Below, piece by piece: positions 1 through 11,054 of a stretch of DNA of 64,000 bases (positions within the stretch are counted from its first letter, which is position 1; each line of letters begins with the position of its first letter). Under the pieces are notes generated by a model. That model was not told the DNA's origin, ran no database searches, and was given only the letters and a program-made list of their open reading frames with translations. Source of the stretch: an uncultured Gammaproteobacteria bacterium (GTDB lineage Bacteria > Pseudomonadota > Gammaproteobacteria > UBA9214); contig CAVYZN010000011.1 of assembly GCA_963773065.1 (NCBI GenBank), positions 302,287 through 366,286 on the forward strand, read 5' to 3'. The position numbers and the translations under genes were made by a program.

Positions 1-133
1 TGGCCTGGGCCAGTTCCAGCGCGGCCTCGGGGGTAAGCATCTTGAAACTGACCAGCGCCTCCTCTGCAGCGGCAGGCGGCAGGCTGCACAGCATGCCCAG
101 GATGAACGTAGCCTTCAGTGTGTTTCTTTTCAT
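1..133 (-). CDS. N-terminus of a secreted heme-binding protein (GlcG/HbpS-like); runs off the window
   Basis: Reverse strand reads MKRNTLKATFILGMLCSLPPAAAEEALVSFKMLTPEAALELAQA: signal peptide plus an LTxExALxxAQA start typical of the family. Confidence 0.55.
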   Translation of the reverse strand, partial: MKRNTLKATFILGMLCSLPPAAAEEALVSFKMLTPEAALELAQA

Positions 134-194
134 TGCAGTCTCCTCCTGCGTCACCGTGCGGTGATGAGGCAATTGTAGTTTAAAAGCAACGACG

Positions 195-938
195 GTGGTC
201 CTCCTGTTTCTTTCAATTTTCACCCGATCCGCCGAAAACAAACCAGGGGGCGCGGTCAGCGCCGGGATCGGGGAGCATGACAGGGTGCAAAACAGCGGTG
301 TGATCCATCGGGCAGTCCTGCTTTACAGCGACAGATCGCTGGCGTTCCTGCTGCTCACTAACCTGGTGACCGTCGTATGGGCCGTGCTGCAGCAATGGAA
401 TGTCACCGACCTGCTATGGATCTACTGGGGTCAGAGCGTGATCATCGGCTACTACAACGTGCACCGCATCGTCGATCTCGACCAGTTCTCTACCGACAGC
501 TTTCTGATCAATAACTGGACGATGGAGCCTACGCGCGAAACGCAGCGCTGCACCGCCGTGTGCTTCGCCCTGCACTACGGGTTGTCCCACCTGGGCTATG
601 GCGTTTTTCTTTTGACCACTTTCCGCATCCATGCCGGCTTCCCGTTGGCCGGCGTCTTACTCTGCCTACTCGCTTTCTATTTAAATCACCGCTTTTCCTA
701 CCGCTACAACCGGGAGCGCGACCGCGTTCCGAACATCGAGACCCTCATGTTCTTTCCCTACGTGCGCATCATACCCATGCAGCTCATAATCCTGCTGGGC
801 GCCCACTACGCCGGCGATAACACTGCAGCGCTGGTCATGTTCCTGCTGCTCAAGACCGCGGCGGATGTCGCCCTGCACGTCATCGAACATGCCACGGCGA
901 GTGCCGGCGCCGGGCATGTGTCTCGCCGCCTGCCCTGA
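195..938 (+). CDS. Multi-pass membrane protein (DUF6498-like)
   Basis: Hydrophobic ORF with LLWIYWGQSVIIG, FALHYG and PYVRIIPM segments. Confidence 0.6.
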   Translation: MVLLFLSIFTRSAENKPGGAVSAGIGEHDRVQNSGVIHRAVLLYSDRSLAFLLLTNLVTVVWAVLQQWNVTDLLWIYWGQSVIIGYYNVHRIVDLDQFSTDSFLINNWTMEPTRETQRCTAVCFALHYGLSHLGYGVFLLTTFRIHAGFPLAGVLLCLLAFYLNHRFSYRYNRERDRVPNIETLMFFPYVRIIPMQLIILLGAHYAGDNTAALVMFLLLKTAADVALHVIEHATASAGAGHVSRRLP

Positions 939-1210
939 ACCGATGCGCCGTTCATAAACCCGCAACCCTTCTGTTTACCCCACGGTCTTTTCAAGTTGGT
1001 TAGAGGATCACCGGCAATGTACTCAACTTGCCCCTATTGGGTTCGCGCTGGACAAAATCGCGCAACGTTGCATGCAGCGCACCTGACTCCGTTGATCCAT
1101 AAGGAATACCGATTGTTGCCGTTAATCCTGTGAGCCGCGACAGCGAAGCAGGCCGCGCGGCGGGAATACTACGACGGGTTTAGTTTCATGCAAGCAGTGT
1201 GGAGAGCATT

Positions 1211-1868
1211 ATGGTGAGCACAATCCAGCGGGTTGCGACATTGGCACGGCGGGCGACGGGGCCATGGGCGATGATCCTGATCATCCTGTCGATCGTAGGC
1301 TGCGCGACCATGGACAAGGACGAATGCCTGGTCGCGGACTGGCGGCTGGTCGGCTTCCAGGACGGGGCGCAAGGAAAATCGGCCGCCGCCATCGGCACCT
1401 ATCGCGAGGACTGCGCCAGCTATCGCGTGGTGCCGGACTTGGACGCCTACCAGGCCGGCCGCAGGGAAGGTCTGCTGCAGTACTGCGTGCCGGTCGAATG
1501 GCTATCGCCTGGGTGATTCGGGCCACGCCTATGCCGCGGTGTGCCCCGCGGAGACGGAACGGGCATTCCGCGCCGCCTATAACACCGGCCGCGACATTTA
1601 CCTGGCGCGCTCCCAGGTGAACAGCACCCATTCGCTGATCCAGAGCAAACAGCAGGCGATCCAGTCCCTGGAAGAAGACAGGCAGAACAAGCTCACGGAA
1701 ATGGTCCGGCAGGGACTGAGCAGCGATCAGCGCGTGCTGCTGCTCTACGATGTCACCAATATCGAAAGGGATATCCATGCCGCGAACCACGACATCAACG
1801 CCCTGGAACGCGATCTCGAGCAGCAGCAGGCGAAGCTGGATTATCTGCTGAATAACAGCCCCTACTGA
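1211..1868 (+). CDS. DUF2799-like lipoprotein, frameshifted near 1495
   Basis: Lipobox IVGC, then ECLVADWRLVGFQDG and GLLQYC; continues in ORF 1539..1868 with a coiled coil. Confidence 0.65.
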
Positions 1869-2068
1869 CGGGACCACGGGGGCTTCCCCTCGCCGGGCGT
1901 GTAAAATACCCCCATCAGGATCGATGGGGTTTCACCCCTGCCACCATCGGCCTGACGGCGATCGGCGGGAAGAAAAGTGGGGCATTCTGACTATCGGTTT
2001 ACGCTTCGTTGCCGCAGGCACCGCGCATGAATTCAGAATGCCCCCGTTTATGCCATGATCAAGGTGTG

Positions 2069-4033
2069 ATGAACCCGACGTATCCCGATTTCCTACCGGA
2101 GCTGCCCGCGGAGCCGGCGGCGCTGATCGAGGCCGTGCTCGGCAGCGACCGGCGCGTGCTGCTGGTCGGTTCGCCGGGCGTCGGCAAGTCCACGCTGGTC
2201 GATGCTCTGGCGGCGGCGCTCGCGCGCGCCGGGCGCACCTGCCGCTGCCTCGGCGCCGATCCCGGCTCGCCCCTGTTCGGCGTGCCCGGCGCCGTGTGTC
2301 TGGGCCGCCGGGAGGGCGAGGTCTGGGTGCTGGAAGGTATCGAGGCGCTCTGCACTTTGGATGCCGGGCGCTTCCGCCTGCCGCTGGTCGCGGCGCTGCG
2401 GCGGCTGGCGCGGACGGTCGAGGAAGGCGTGCTGCTGGTGGACGGGCCCGGGGTGGTGCGCGGCGTGGCCGGCGCGGAACTGCTGCCCGCCGATGGTCGA
2501 GGCGGCGCGCATCGAGGCGGTGCTGGTGCTGACGCGCGCAGGCCGGCCGGCGCCGCTGCGGCAGGAGCTGCGCGCATTGTCCGTCGAAGTCTACGCCGTG
2601 CCAGCGGCGGAGCAGGCCAGCCGCCCCGGCCAGCGTTCGCGGGCGCGCTGGCGCACCGGCCTGTGGGATGCTTATTTGACGGGAGCCGAGGAACGCGTGC
2701 TCGACGCCGGCCGGCTGCGGCTTATCGGCACACCGCCGCCGCTCGATGCCCCCGGCGCCTGGAGCGGGAGGCAGATCGCGCTGCTGGATGGCGAGCGCAC
2801 GCTCGTCCTGGGCGAAGTCATCGCCATCGAGGGCGAGCGGCTGCGCGCGCGCCTGCCCGCCGGGGCGGAGGACGCCCGGACACTGCTGGTGCGCGATGCC
2901 GCGCGGCTCGCGGACGGGCGCCTCGGCAGCGCCGTGCGCTTCACGGCGGACCGGTTCGGCTATCTGCCGCCGCCTGATCTCATGCCGCACGCGCCGTATG
3001 CCGCGGTGAGCGGGCCGCGGCCGGTCGGACGGGTGGGGATGCTGAGCGTCTGCCTGGTCAACGGCGTCTTCGGCGACCCGCTGCTGCACGCGCGCCTGCG
3101 CCACCGGCGGCGCAGCCTGCTGTTCGACCTCGGCGAGGGGACGCGGCTGCCGGCGCGCGTGGCCCACCAGGTGAGCGATGTGTTCATCACCCATGCGCAC
3201 ATCGACCACATCGCCGGATTCCTCTGGCTGCTGCGCGTCGCGCATCGGCGAGGCCACACTCTGCCGCCTCCACGGCCCGCCGGGCCTGGCCGCGAACATC
3301 GACGGCCTCATGCGCGGCATCCTCTGGGACCGCGTGGGCGAGCGCGGCCCGCGCTTCGAGGTGAGCGAGCTGCACGGCGAGCGTCTGCGGCGCTACACGG
3401 TGCAGGGCGGGCGCCCCGGCGCCACGCCGCTGGAGGAGCGGGCGGCGGCGGACGGCGTGGTGCTCGAGGATCCGGGCTTTCGCGTGCGCGCCGTAACCCT
3501 TTCGCACGTCTCGCCGGTGCTCGCCTACGCCTTCGAGCCCGCGCGCACGCTCAACATCCGCAAGGACCGCCTGCAGGCGCGGGGCCTGCCGCCGGGGCCG
3601 TGGCTGGGCGAGCTGAAGCGCTGCGTGCAGGCGGGGGAAGGCGATACGCGCATCGCGCTGCCCGACGGGTGGGAGCGAGACCGCGCAGGCGCTGGCGGCC
3701 GACCTCGTCCTCATCAGCCCCGGCAAGAAGCTGGTCTACGCCACGGACTTCGCCGACAGCCCGGAGAATCGCGCCCGCGTGATCGCGCTCGCGCGCGGCG
3801 CCCACACCCTGTTCTGCGAATCGACCTTCCTCGAGGCCGACGCCGCGCAGGCCGCGCGCACCGCCCACCTCACCACCCGCGCCTGCGCCGAGATCGCCGA
3901 GGCCGCCGGCGTCGCCCGGCTGGTGCCGTTCCACTTCTCGCGCCGCTACGAAAAAGACCCCGCACCCGTCTACGCCGAAATCGCCGCCGCCTGCGCCGCC
4001 GTGGTCATTCCCGACACCCTCGCCATCGACTGA
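2069..4033 (+). CDS. Fusion of a Clp1/Nol9-like P-loop kinase domain and an RNase Z-like metallo-beta-lactamase domain (several frameshifts)
   Basis: GSPGVGKST, ADPGS and LLVDGPG; then LVNGVFGDP, LFDLG, THAHIDHIAGF, YATD, FCESTF, HLT and PFHFSRRY across overlapping frames. The junction of the two domains lies inside one open frame (2202..3782). Confidence 0.75.
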
Positions 4034-4201
4034 CCACCGCCACATCCCCGTGGGTCATGCGGAAGCGCGGCGTCCCTGGCGGTTAAATTCTTTATCCCCA
4101 AGCGATAGCGCACGCGCCCGGGTTCTACGTGCGGATATACGACGTGCTACTATCTTCACCGATAACGCCGCCGTCGCCGTCGCCACAAGAACGTCACCGC
4201 C

Positions 4202-4561
4202 ATGGATTCACTGGAACACCTCAAGACCCGCCTGCGCGAATTCGCCGCCGTGCGCGACTGGGAGCAGTTCCACTCCCCCAAGAATCTGGCCATGGCGCTG
4301 ATCGTGGAGGCGGCCGAACTGGTCGAGCACTTCCAATGGTTGACCGAAGCACAAAGCGGCGCCCTGCCGCCCGACAAGCTCGCCGAGGTGGAACAGGAAC
4401 TCGCCGACATCCAGATCTACCTCATCCGCCTTGCCGACAAGCTGAACATCGACCTCAAGCAGGCCGTGGACGCCAAGATCGAGCTGAACGAACGGAGATA
4501 CCCCGTGGAAAAAGTGCGCGGCAGCGCGAAGAAATACACCGAGTTCGATAGCGGCTGCTGA
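4202..4561 (+). CDS. MazG-like nucleotide pyrophosphohydrolase (DCTPP1-like)
   Basis: RDWEQFHSPKNLAMALIVEAAEL, ELADI, KIELNERRYP. Confidence 0.9.
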   Translation: MDSLEHLKTRLREFAAVRDWEQFHSPKNLAMALIVEAAELVEHFQWLTEAQSGALPPDKLAEVEQELADIQIYLIRLADKLNIDLKQAVDAKIELNERRYPVEKVRGSAKKYTEFDSGC

Positions 4562-4608
4562 GCAACTCAGAAGCCGACCCTCACGCCGATGCCGAACAGG
4601 CAGCCGGT

Positions 4609-5164
4609 TCAACGCCAGTAGGGATAGCCGAATGGATACCAGGGATCGTGATACCACGGACCGTACCAGGGATCGTACCACCCGGGATACGGATACCCGT
4701 AAGGCGCCTGGGTTTCCTTGGGCCACAGGTACCAGGCCTGCGCCTCGACGACGGGATAGGTATAGGGAAATTCGCCTACCTTGCGGGTTTCGGTGCGCCG
4801 CAGCGTGCCGGTGACGGTGACCTTGCGATCGGCGGCATAGACCGTCGGGTCCAGGAATTCGGGCACGATGGCGATGAAACGCCCGCCGCTGTCATCGCTG
4901 AGATCGGGTTCGCCGTCCTTGCTGAGCGACGATGCCAGCACGGTGAGCCAGGTGGCGTTCTCCCGGTTCTCGGTTTCTATCAGTTTGCCGCCCCAGCGGA
5001 CCTGCCGCGCCAGATAGTCCGCGGCATTCCCGCGCACCTCCTCCAGCGACGGGTTGTCGGGCGGCGCTTCCCGGATCGTTCTGGGGAATCTGCGAGGCAC
5101 ACGCGGTGAGCAACAGGCCGGTCAGCAGCCATTCGAAGCAGGCTTTGGGTATGAGGCAGCGCAT
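4609..5164 (-). CDS. slp: Slp family outer-membrane lipoprotein (frameshift near 5085)
   Basis: LTAC lipobox, VRWGGK, GRFIA, FLDP, YTYPVV. Confidence 0.8.
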
Positions 5165-5295
5165 AGTCAGATTCTAGCCCGCATCCGTCACCGCTTCTTC
5201 GAATTGTCGTGATGCGGGTTGGTGTCGAAAACCTCAGGGACAGACCACGTTTCTAATCCGGCTTTGCGGGCTTCCGGCTTTCCCGGGTGTGACAC

Positions 5296-5451
5296 GAAGG
5301 GCACTTACTTAGGCGATTCCATAAATCGATGTAGGGTTAGGCCCGCCGTTTGTGCCATAACCCACCAATGTGCCGCCAGGCACTCACTAAATAAATGCGG
5401 TGTGTTGCTACGCAACGCTGGTGGGTTACGCAAAAATCGCTCACCCAGCCT
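5296..5451. mobile_element. Degenerate copy of the IS4-ended, REP-containing MITE found at 40213-40397 (opposite orientation, one end lost)
   Basis: gaagggcacttactta...atcgatgtagggttaggc...taacccacc...tgtgccgccaggcac... aligns with the reverse complement of 40213-40397. Confidence 0.7.
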
Positions 5452-5455
5452 TCAC

Positions 5456-6004
5456 TCAGAAGCCGAAGCCGACACCGACGCCGCTGCCCCAACTGCCGCC
5501 GCTGCCGCCTCCCACGCCGATGCCGAACATGGTCGAGCTGCCGTCGCGCTCCCGTGCCGTGGGCCACAGATAGAGTTGCCGGGCGGCGATGACCGGGTAA
5601 ACATAGTCCGCCTCGCCGACCCGCCCGGTCCGGGTGCCGGACACCGTTCCGACCACGGTGACCTGCCGGCCCTCGGCATAGCTGGCCGGTTCCAGGTAAC
5701 CGGTCCGCTCGAGGATGAAGCGTCCCTGCGGAGTGCCATCGCTTTTCGGCTGCCCGTCGGAGTCGAGCGGGAAGGCCAGTACCTCGATCTGCGTGCTGCC
5801 CTGCAGGTTGGTGGTGCGCACGATGGTGCCGCCCCACTGCACGCTCTTGCCCGTGGGCGGCTGCGGCCTGGCGGTAACGCCCTGCGGCGTCAGCGAGGGA
5901 TCGACCCCGGCGGTATTGAAGGTTGGCGCGCTGGCGCAGGCGCTCAGCAGCAGGAACAGGATGATTGGCAGGTAATAGCGTGGCAGCATAAGAATCCGGG
6001 TCAT
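5456..6004 (-). CDS. slp: Slp family outer-membrane lipoprotein
   Basis: LSAC lipobox, VQWGG, GRFI, YLEP, YVYPVI. Confidence 0.85.
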   Translation of the reverse strand: MTRILMLPRYYLPIILFLLLSACASAPTFNTAGVDPSLTPQGVTARPQPPTGKSVQWGGTIVRTTNLQGSTQIEVLAFPLDSDGQPKSDGTPQGRFILERTGYLEPASYAEGRQVTVVGTVSGTRTGRVGEADYVYPVIAARQLYLWPTARERDGSSTMFGIGVGGGSGGSWGSGVGVGFGF

Positions 6005-6234
6005 CGACAGTAGTGGTTAGAGGTAGCGGTACGGATGCCGGGGATCATACCACCAAGGAGACGGGTAATTAAGGCGCCGTTCGGTTTCCCCGGCAGCGTG
6101 CCGGTGACCCGCCGGTCGGGCGCATTGACCGGCACGGGCTGTCACTACGTAGTTTCCACAATTGTGAATTTTGATTGTGCTTGTGGGACAATCCCTTACA
6201 AATTAAAAACCGACAAGGATGACAGCCGCCTCCT

Positions 6235-9192
6235 ATGGTCCAGCCGGAGGAACACGCCCGCCAACTCATTGACCGACTGCTGACCGCGGCCGGCTGGCAG
6301 GTCTGCGACCCCGGCGAGGTCCACCTCTCGGCCCATCGGGGCGTCGCCATCCGCGAGTTCCCGCTCAAGTCCGGCCACGGCTTCGCGGATTACCTGCTCT
6401 ACGTCGACGGCAAGGCCGCCGGCGTCATCGAGGCCAAGAAAGCGGGCGCGACCCTGTCGGGGGTGGAGATTCAATCCAACAAGTACAGCAAGGGATTGCC
6501 CGACGGCCTGCCCGCCTGGCACAAGCCGCTGCCGTTTTCCTACCAGTCCACCGGCGCCGAGACCCGCTTCACCAACGGCCTCGACCCCGAACCCCGCGCC
6601 CGCGGCGTCTTCGCCTTCCACCGCCCCGAAACACTGGCCGACTGGCTGAACGATGCGTCCCCACTCCCACCGGGAGAGGGAATTAACTATGTAGGTCGGG
6701 TTAAGCGCAGCGAACCCGACAAACCCGGCGTCGCAGACGCCGCATCATCCGATGAGGACCGTGGCCACGCCGCTCCTGGCCATCCATGGCCCCGCGGCAT
6801 AAGTACCTCCATGTACAAAACCTTCCTCGCCCGCCTGCGCCACCTGCCGCCGCTGTACGAGGAAGGTCTCTGGCCCGCCCAGATCACCGCGATCAACAAC
6901 CTCGAACAGTCGCTCAGGGAAAACCGCCCCCGCGCCCTCATCCAGATGGCCACCGGCTCCGGCAAGACCTTCACCGCCATCAGCTTCATCTACCGCCTGA
7001 TCAAGTTCGCCGGCGCGCGGAGAGTCCTGTTCCTGGTCGACCGCGGCAACCTCGGCGACCAGACGCTCAAGGAATTCCAGCAATACGCCTCGCCCTACAA
7101 CAACTTCAAATTCACCGAGGAGTACATCGTCCAGCGTCTGCAAGGCAACAGCATCGACTGGCCGGCGCGGGTCTGCATCTGCACCATCCAGCGCCTGTAC
7201 TCCATGCTCAAGGGCAAAGACTTGCCCGAAGACCTCGAAGAAGAATCGGTCGACAAACTCGGCGGCCTGTTCAAACAGCCGGAGCCCATCGACTACAACC
7301 CCAGCATCCCCATCGAGACCTTCGACATCATCGTCACCGACGAATGCCACCGCTCCATCTACAACCTCTGGGCGCAGGTGCTGGAGTACTTCGACGCCTA
7401 CCTGATCGGCCTCACCGCCACGCCGAGCAAGCAGACCTTCGGCTTCTTCCACCAGAATCTGGTGATGGAATACAACCACGAAATGGCCGTGGCCGACGGC
7501 GTCAACGTCAACTACGACGTCTACCGCATCCGCACCCAAATCACCCAGGCCGGCTCCCGGGTGGAGGCCGGCTACTCGGTGCAGATCCAGGAGCGCGACA
7601 CGCGCAAGAAGCGCTGGGAACAGCTCGACGACGACTTCAGCTACGACCCCAACCAGCTCGACCGCGACGTGGTCGCCCCGGACCAGATCCGCAAGATCAT
7701 CCGGACCTTCCGCGACAAGCTGTTCACCGAAATCTTCCCCGGCCGCACCTGGGTGCCCAAGACCCTCATCTTCGCCAAGGACGACCCCATGCCGAGAACA
7801 TCGTCGAGATCGTGCGCGAGGAGTTCGGCAAGGGCAACGACTTCGCCCAGAAGATCACCTACCGCACCACCGGCGCGAAACCGAAAGACCTCATCAACGA
7901 GTTCCGCACCAGCCCCATGCCGCGCATCGCCGTGACGGTCGACATGATCGCCACCGGCACCGACATCAAGGCGGTGGAAGTCGTCCTGTTCATGCGCGCC
8001 GTCAAATCCCGCGCCTTCTTCGAGCAGATGAAAGGCCGCGGCGTGCGCGTGATCGCGCCCGACGACCTGCAAAGCGTCACCCCCGACGCCAGGGCCAAGG
8101 ACCACTTCGTCATCGTCGACGCCGTCGGCGTCTGCGAGCAGGACAAGACCGACTCCCGCCCCATGGAGCAGAAGCCCACCGTCAGCTTCGAAAAGCTCAT
8201 GCAGGCCGTTGCCTTCGGCAACACCGAAGACGACGTACTCACCTCGCTCGCAGGCCGTCTCGCGCGCATGGAGCACCGTATCACCGCCGACGACGACAAG
8301 AGAATCCGCCAAGCGAGCGGCGGCTACGGCCTCAAAGACCTAGCCCACCGCATCGTCCAATCCCTCGACCCCGATACCACTTTCCCCTCCCCCTTCCAGG
8401 GGGAGGGCGAGGGTGGGGGTGAGAGACCCGTTCGCCCTGAGCCTGTCGAAGGGCGCACACTGCAAGCCGCTCGCAACAGCATCGTGCAAGCCGCCGTCAA
8501 ACCCCTGCACGACCCTGCGTTGCGCCAACTATTGCTCGACCTAAAAGCCAAATCCGAAATCACCATCGACCACGTCAGCGCCGACGAAGTCCTCGAAAGC
8601 GGCTTCTCCCCCGAAGCCCTCGACCGCGCCAAAGGCATGGTCCAATCCTTCGAGCAATTCATCCAGGACCACAAGGACGAAATCACCGCCCTGCAGGTGC
8701 TCTACAGCAGACCCTGCAAACACCGCCTCACCTTCGAGGCCGTGAAGGAACTCGCCGACGCCATCGAAAAGCCGCCCTATCTCTGGAACGAATCCCAGCT
8801 CTGGAACGCCTACGCCGCACTGGAAAAATCCAAAGTCAAAGGCGCCAGCGGCAAACGCATCTTGACCGACCTCGTGTCGCTGGTGCGCTTCGCCATCCAC
8901 CAGGACAACGAACTCGTCCCGTTCCCCGAACGCGTCAATGCCAACTTCAAGGCTTGGCTGGCATAGGAGCGGCCTCTGGCCGCGAACAGGGTGAGGGGCT
9001 CTTTTACCTCCGAACAACTCCGCTGGCTCGAAATGATCCGCGACCACATCGCCGCGAACCTCGGCCATCGAGCCGGACGATTTCGAGTACGCGCCATTTT
9101 CGCAACAAGGCGGACTCGGCAAAGTGCATCAGTTGTTCGGTGACGGACTGGCGCCGATAATGGACGATCTGAACAGCATGCTGGTGGCTTGA
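6235..9192 (+). CDS. hsdR: Type I restriction enzyme R subunit (EcoKI/EcoAI-like); frameshifts near 7785 and 8960-9070
   Basis: ADYLL..VIEAKK nuclease motif, MATGSGKT, TDECHRS, GLTATP, IATGTD, QMKGRGVR; C-terminus WLEMIRDHI...LNSMLVA-stop at 9190-9192. Confidence 0.9.
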
Positions 9193-9217
9193 TGGTAGCG
9201 GGGGCGGAATTGGAACC
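9193..9217 (-). other. Degenerate tRNA 3'-end fragment (initiator tRNA-Met-like), possible att remnant
   Basis: Reverse complement GGTTCCAATTCCGCCCCCGCTACCA resembles a T-arm, acceptor strand and CCA; no 5' half present. Confidence 0.45.
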
Positions 9218-9296
9218 GACTGTGAGTCACCCAGCGGTTGCGCGGCAAACGGATTGCCGGGCGAATAATGTTGAATTATCCAAAAGGAGTTGGATC

Positions 9297-9689
9297 ATGG
9301 CCGTCAAGAAGACAGGAAATAATGAAGTCCTCGTATCGATGGACCGCGTCGCAGCAAAGATTCTGTTCATTCGCGGACAGAAAGTCATGCTGGACAGCGA
9401 TTTGGCGGAACTCTACGAGGTTGAGGCCAAGGTCTTGAACCAGGCCGTCAAGCGCAATATTGAGCGATTTCCAGCGGACTTTATGTTCCAACTCACGGCC
9501 GAGGAAGTCGCGCGTTTAAGGTCACAATTTGTGACCTTAAAGACCGGGCGCGGGCAACATCGGAAATACCAACCCTACGCCTTCACCGAACAGGGCGTGA
9601 CCACCGATTCATATGAATACGAAAGAGGAAGAATTGAACGAGACGCTGGTGGCATGAGGATTCCGCGGCAGCCTGACAGCACGTATTGA
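9297..9689 (+). pseudogene. ORF6N-domain DNA-binding protein, C-terminally truncated
   Basis: IRGQKVMLDSDLAELY, LNQAVKRNIERFPADFMFQL, PYAFTEQGV; similarity stops after about 9600. Confidence 0.75.
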
Positions 9690-9714
9690 CAAAAGTAACA
9701 TAAAGGTTACCATA

Positions 9715-10047
9715 ATGGCATCGACAAGGAAGGTCGTTGAATATCTGGAGCCGGACGGGGCCTCGCCGTTCGCAAAATGGTTTGCCCGACTTGATCCTCT
9801 GGCCGCGGCGAAGGTGACCACCGCGCTGTACCGGATGGAACAGGGGAATCTTTCCAACGTAAAGCCAGTGGGGCAGGGCGTGTCGGAGTATCGTATCGAT
9901 TATGGCCCGGGATATCGGGTTTATATCGGACAACAGGCAAACGTGCTGACCATCCTGCTCGGCGGTGGCACCAAGAAGGGCCAGAGTGCTGACATCCGCC
10001 TGGCCCAACAACGCTGGCGCGATTACAAGGCGCGCAAAAAGGGGTAA
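9715..10047 (+). CDS. RelE/ParE-superfamily addiction module toxin
   Basis: SPFAKWF, GNLSNVKPVGQGVSEYRIDYGPGYRVY, LLGGGTK. Confidence 0.9.
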   Translation: MASTRKVVEYLEPDGASPFAKWFARLDPLAAAKVTTALYRMEQGNLSNVKPVGQGVSEYRIDYGPGYRVYIGQQANVLTILLGGGTKKGQSADIRLAQQRWRDYKARKKG

Positions 10048-10052
10048 ATGCC

Positions 10053-10378
10053 ATGCCGCTCACACGCGAATTCCGGGAAACCGTCCGGGCACGTGCCCAG
10101 GCAGACGCGCGCTACCGCGCGGCCATGTTCACCGAGGCGGTCAACGAACTCCTTGCCGGCGATCTCGCTACCGGCAAGGCGCTGCTGCGTGACTACGTGA
10201 ACGCCACCCTTACCTTCGACCGCCTTGCAGAGGCAACCGGCTTCCGGTCAAAAGCCTGCAACGCATGCTCGGCCCCAGGGGCAATCCCACGGCTGAGAAT
10301 CTCTTTGCCGTCATCAAGGCCCTGCAGGATGCCGAGCACATCATCCTGGCGGTAAAGCCCGTAAGGCATGCCGCCTGA
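10053..10378 (+). CDS. Cognate HTH antitoxin (frameshift near 10245)
   Basis: MPLTREFRETVRAR...LRDYVNAT...GNPTAENLFAVI, directly after the toxin. Confidence 0.8.
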
Positions 10379-10386
10379 CAAGCCGG

Positions 10387-10911
10387 ATGCGCAATGATCC
10401 GCTCACACAAATGCATGCTCGACGCCGACCTGGCGGATCTGTACGGAGTCACTACCAAACGCCTGAACAAACAGGTAAGCGCAACCGTGACCGATTCCCG
10501 GACGATTTCATGTTCCAGATTGACCGCGGAAGAAAAGGGCAGGTGGTCGCAAATTGCGACCACCTCGCGCGCCTCAAGTTTTCGCCTGTATTGCCCAACG
10601 CCTTCACCGAGCATGGCGCGATCATGGCGGCGTCCGTGCTCAATACGCCTCGGGCGGTGGAAATGAGTGTCTATGTCGTGCGCGCCTTCGTCCGTCTGCG
10701 GCAGACGCACGGAGGCAGGAGGTAGAGCAACGCAGGAGCAGTTGCCGAGGTGCTCGCCACCAATGCGGAACTGGGCCGCAAACTCGCCGCGCTGGAGAAG
10801 AAATACGACGCGCAGTTCAAGGTGGTATTCGACGCGATCCGCGAACTGATGATCCCGCCGGAGCCGAAGAAGAGACGGCCCATCGGTTTCGCGCCGTGGG
10901 AAGACAAGTAA
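10387..10911 (+). pseudogene. Second ORF6N-domain gene, frameshifted and carrying a repeat insertion
   Basis: MLDADLADLYGVTTKRLN, FPDDFMFQ, AFTEHGAIMAASVLN, LEKKYDAQFKVVFDAIREL...PIGF. Confidence 0.7.
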
Positions 10912-11054
10912 TATGAATGTGGGCGGCTTGACACCGTGTCGTCGAATGAATGCATCGATGCCACGGAGGCCATGGATGAACGAGAGCAGCCGGGGCGTAA
11001 CCCGCTGGTATGAACGAACGCGATGAGTGAAGGATTGAAAGAGACGTTGGAGGC

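Noticed and set aside
4640-4700. Repeated ataccagggatcgt / gtaccagggatcgt motifs
   Set aside because: Coding repeats for the WYDPWY tail of the Slp lipoprotein
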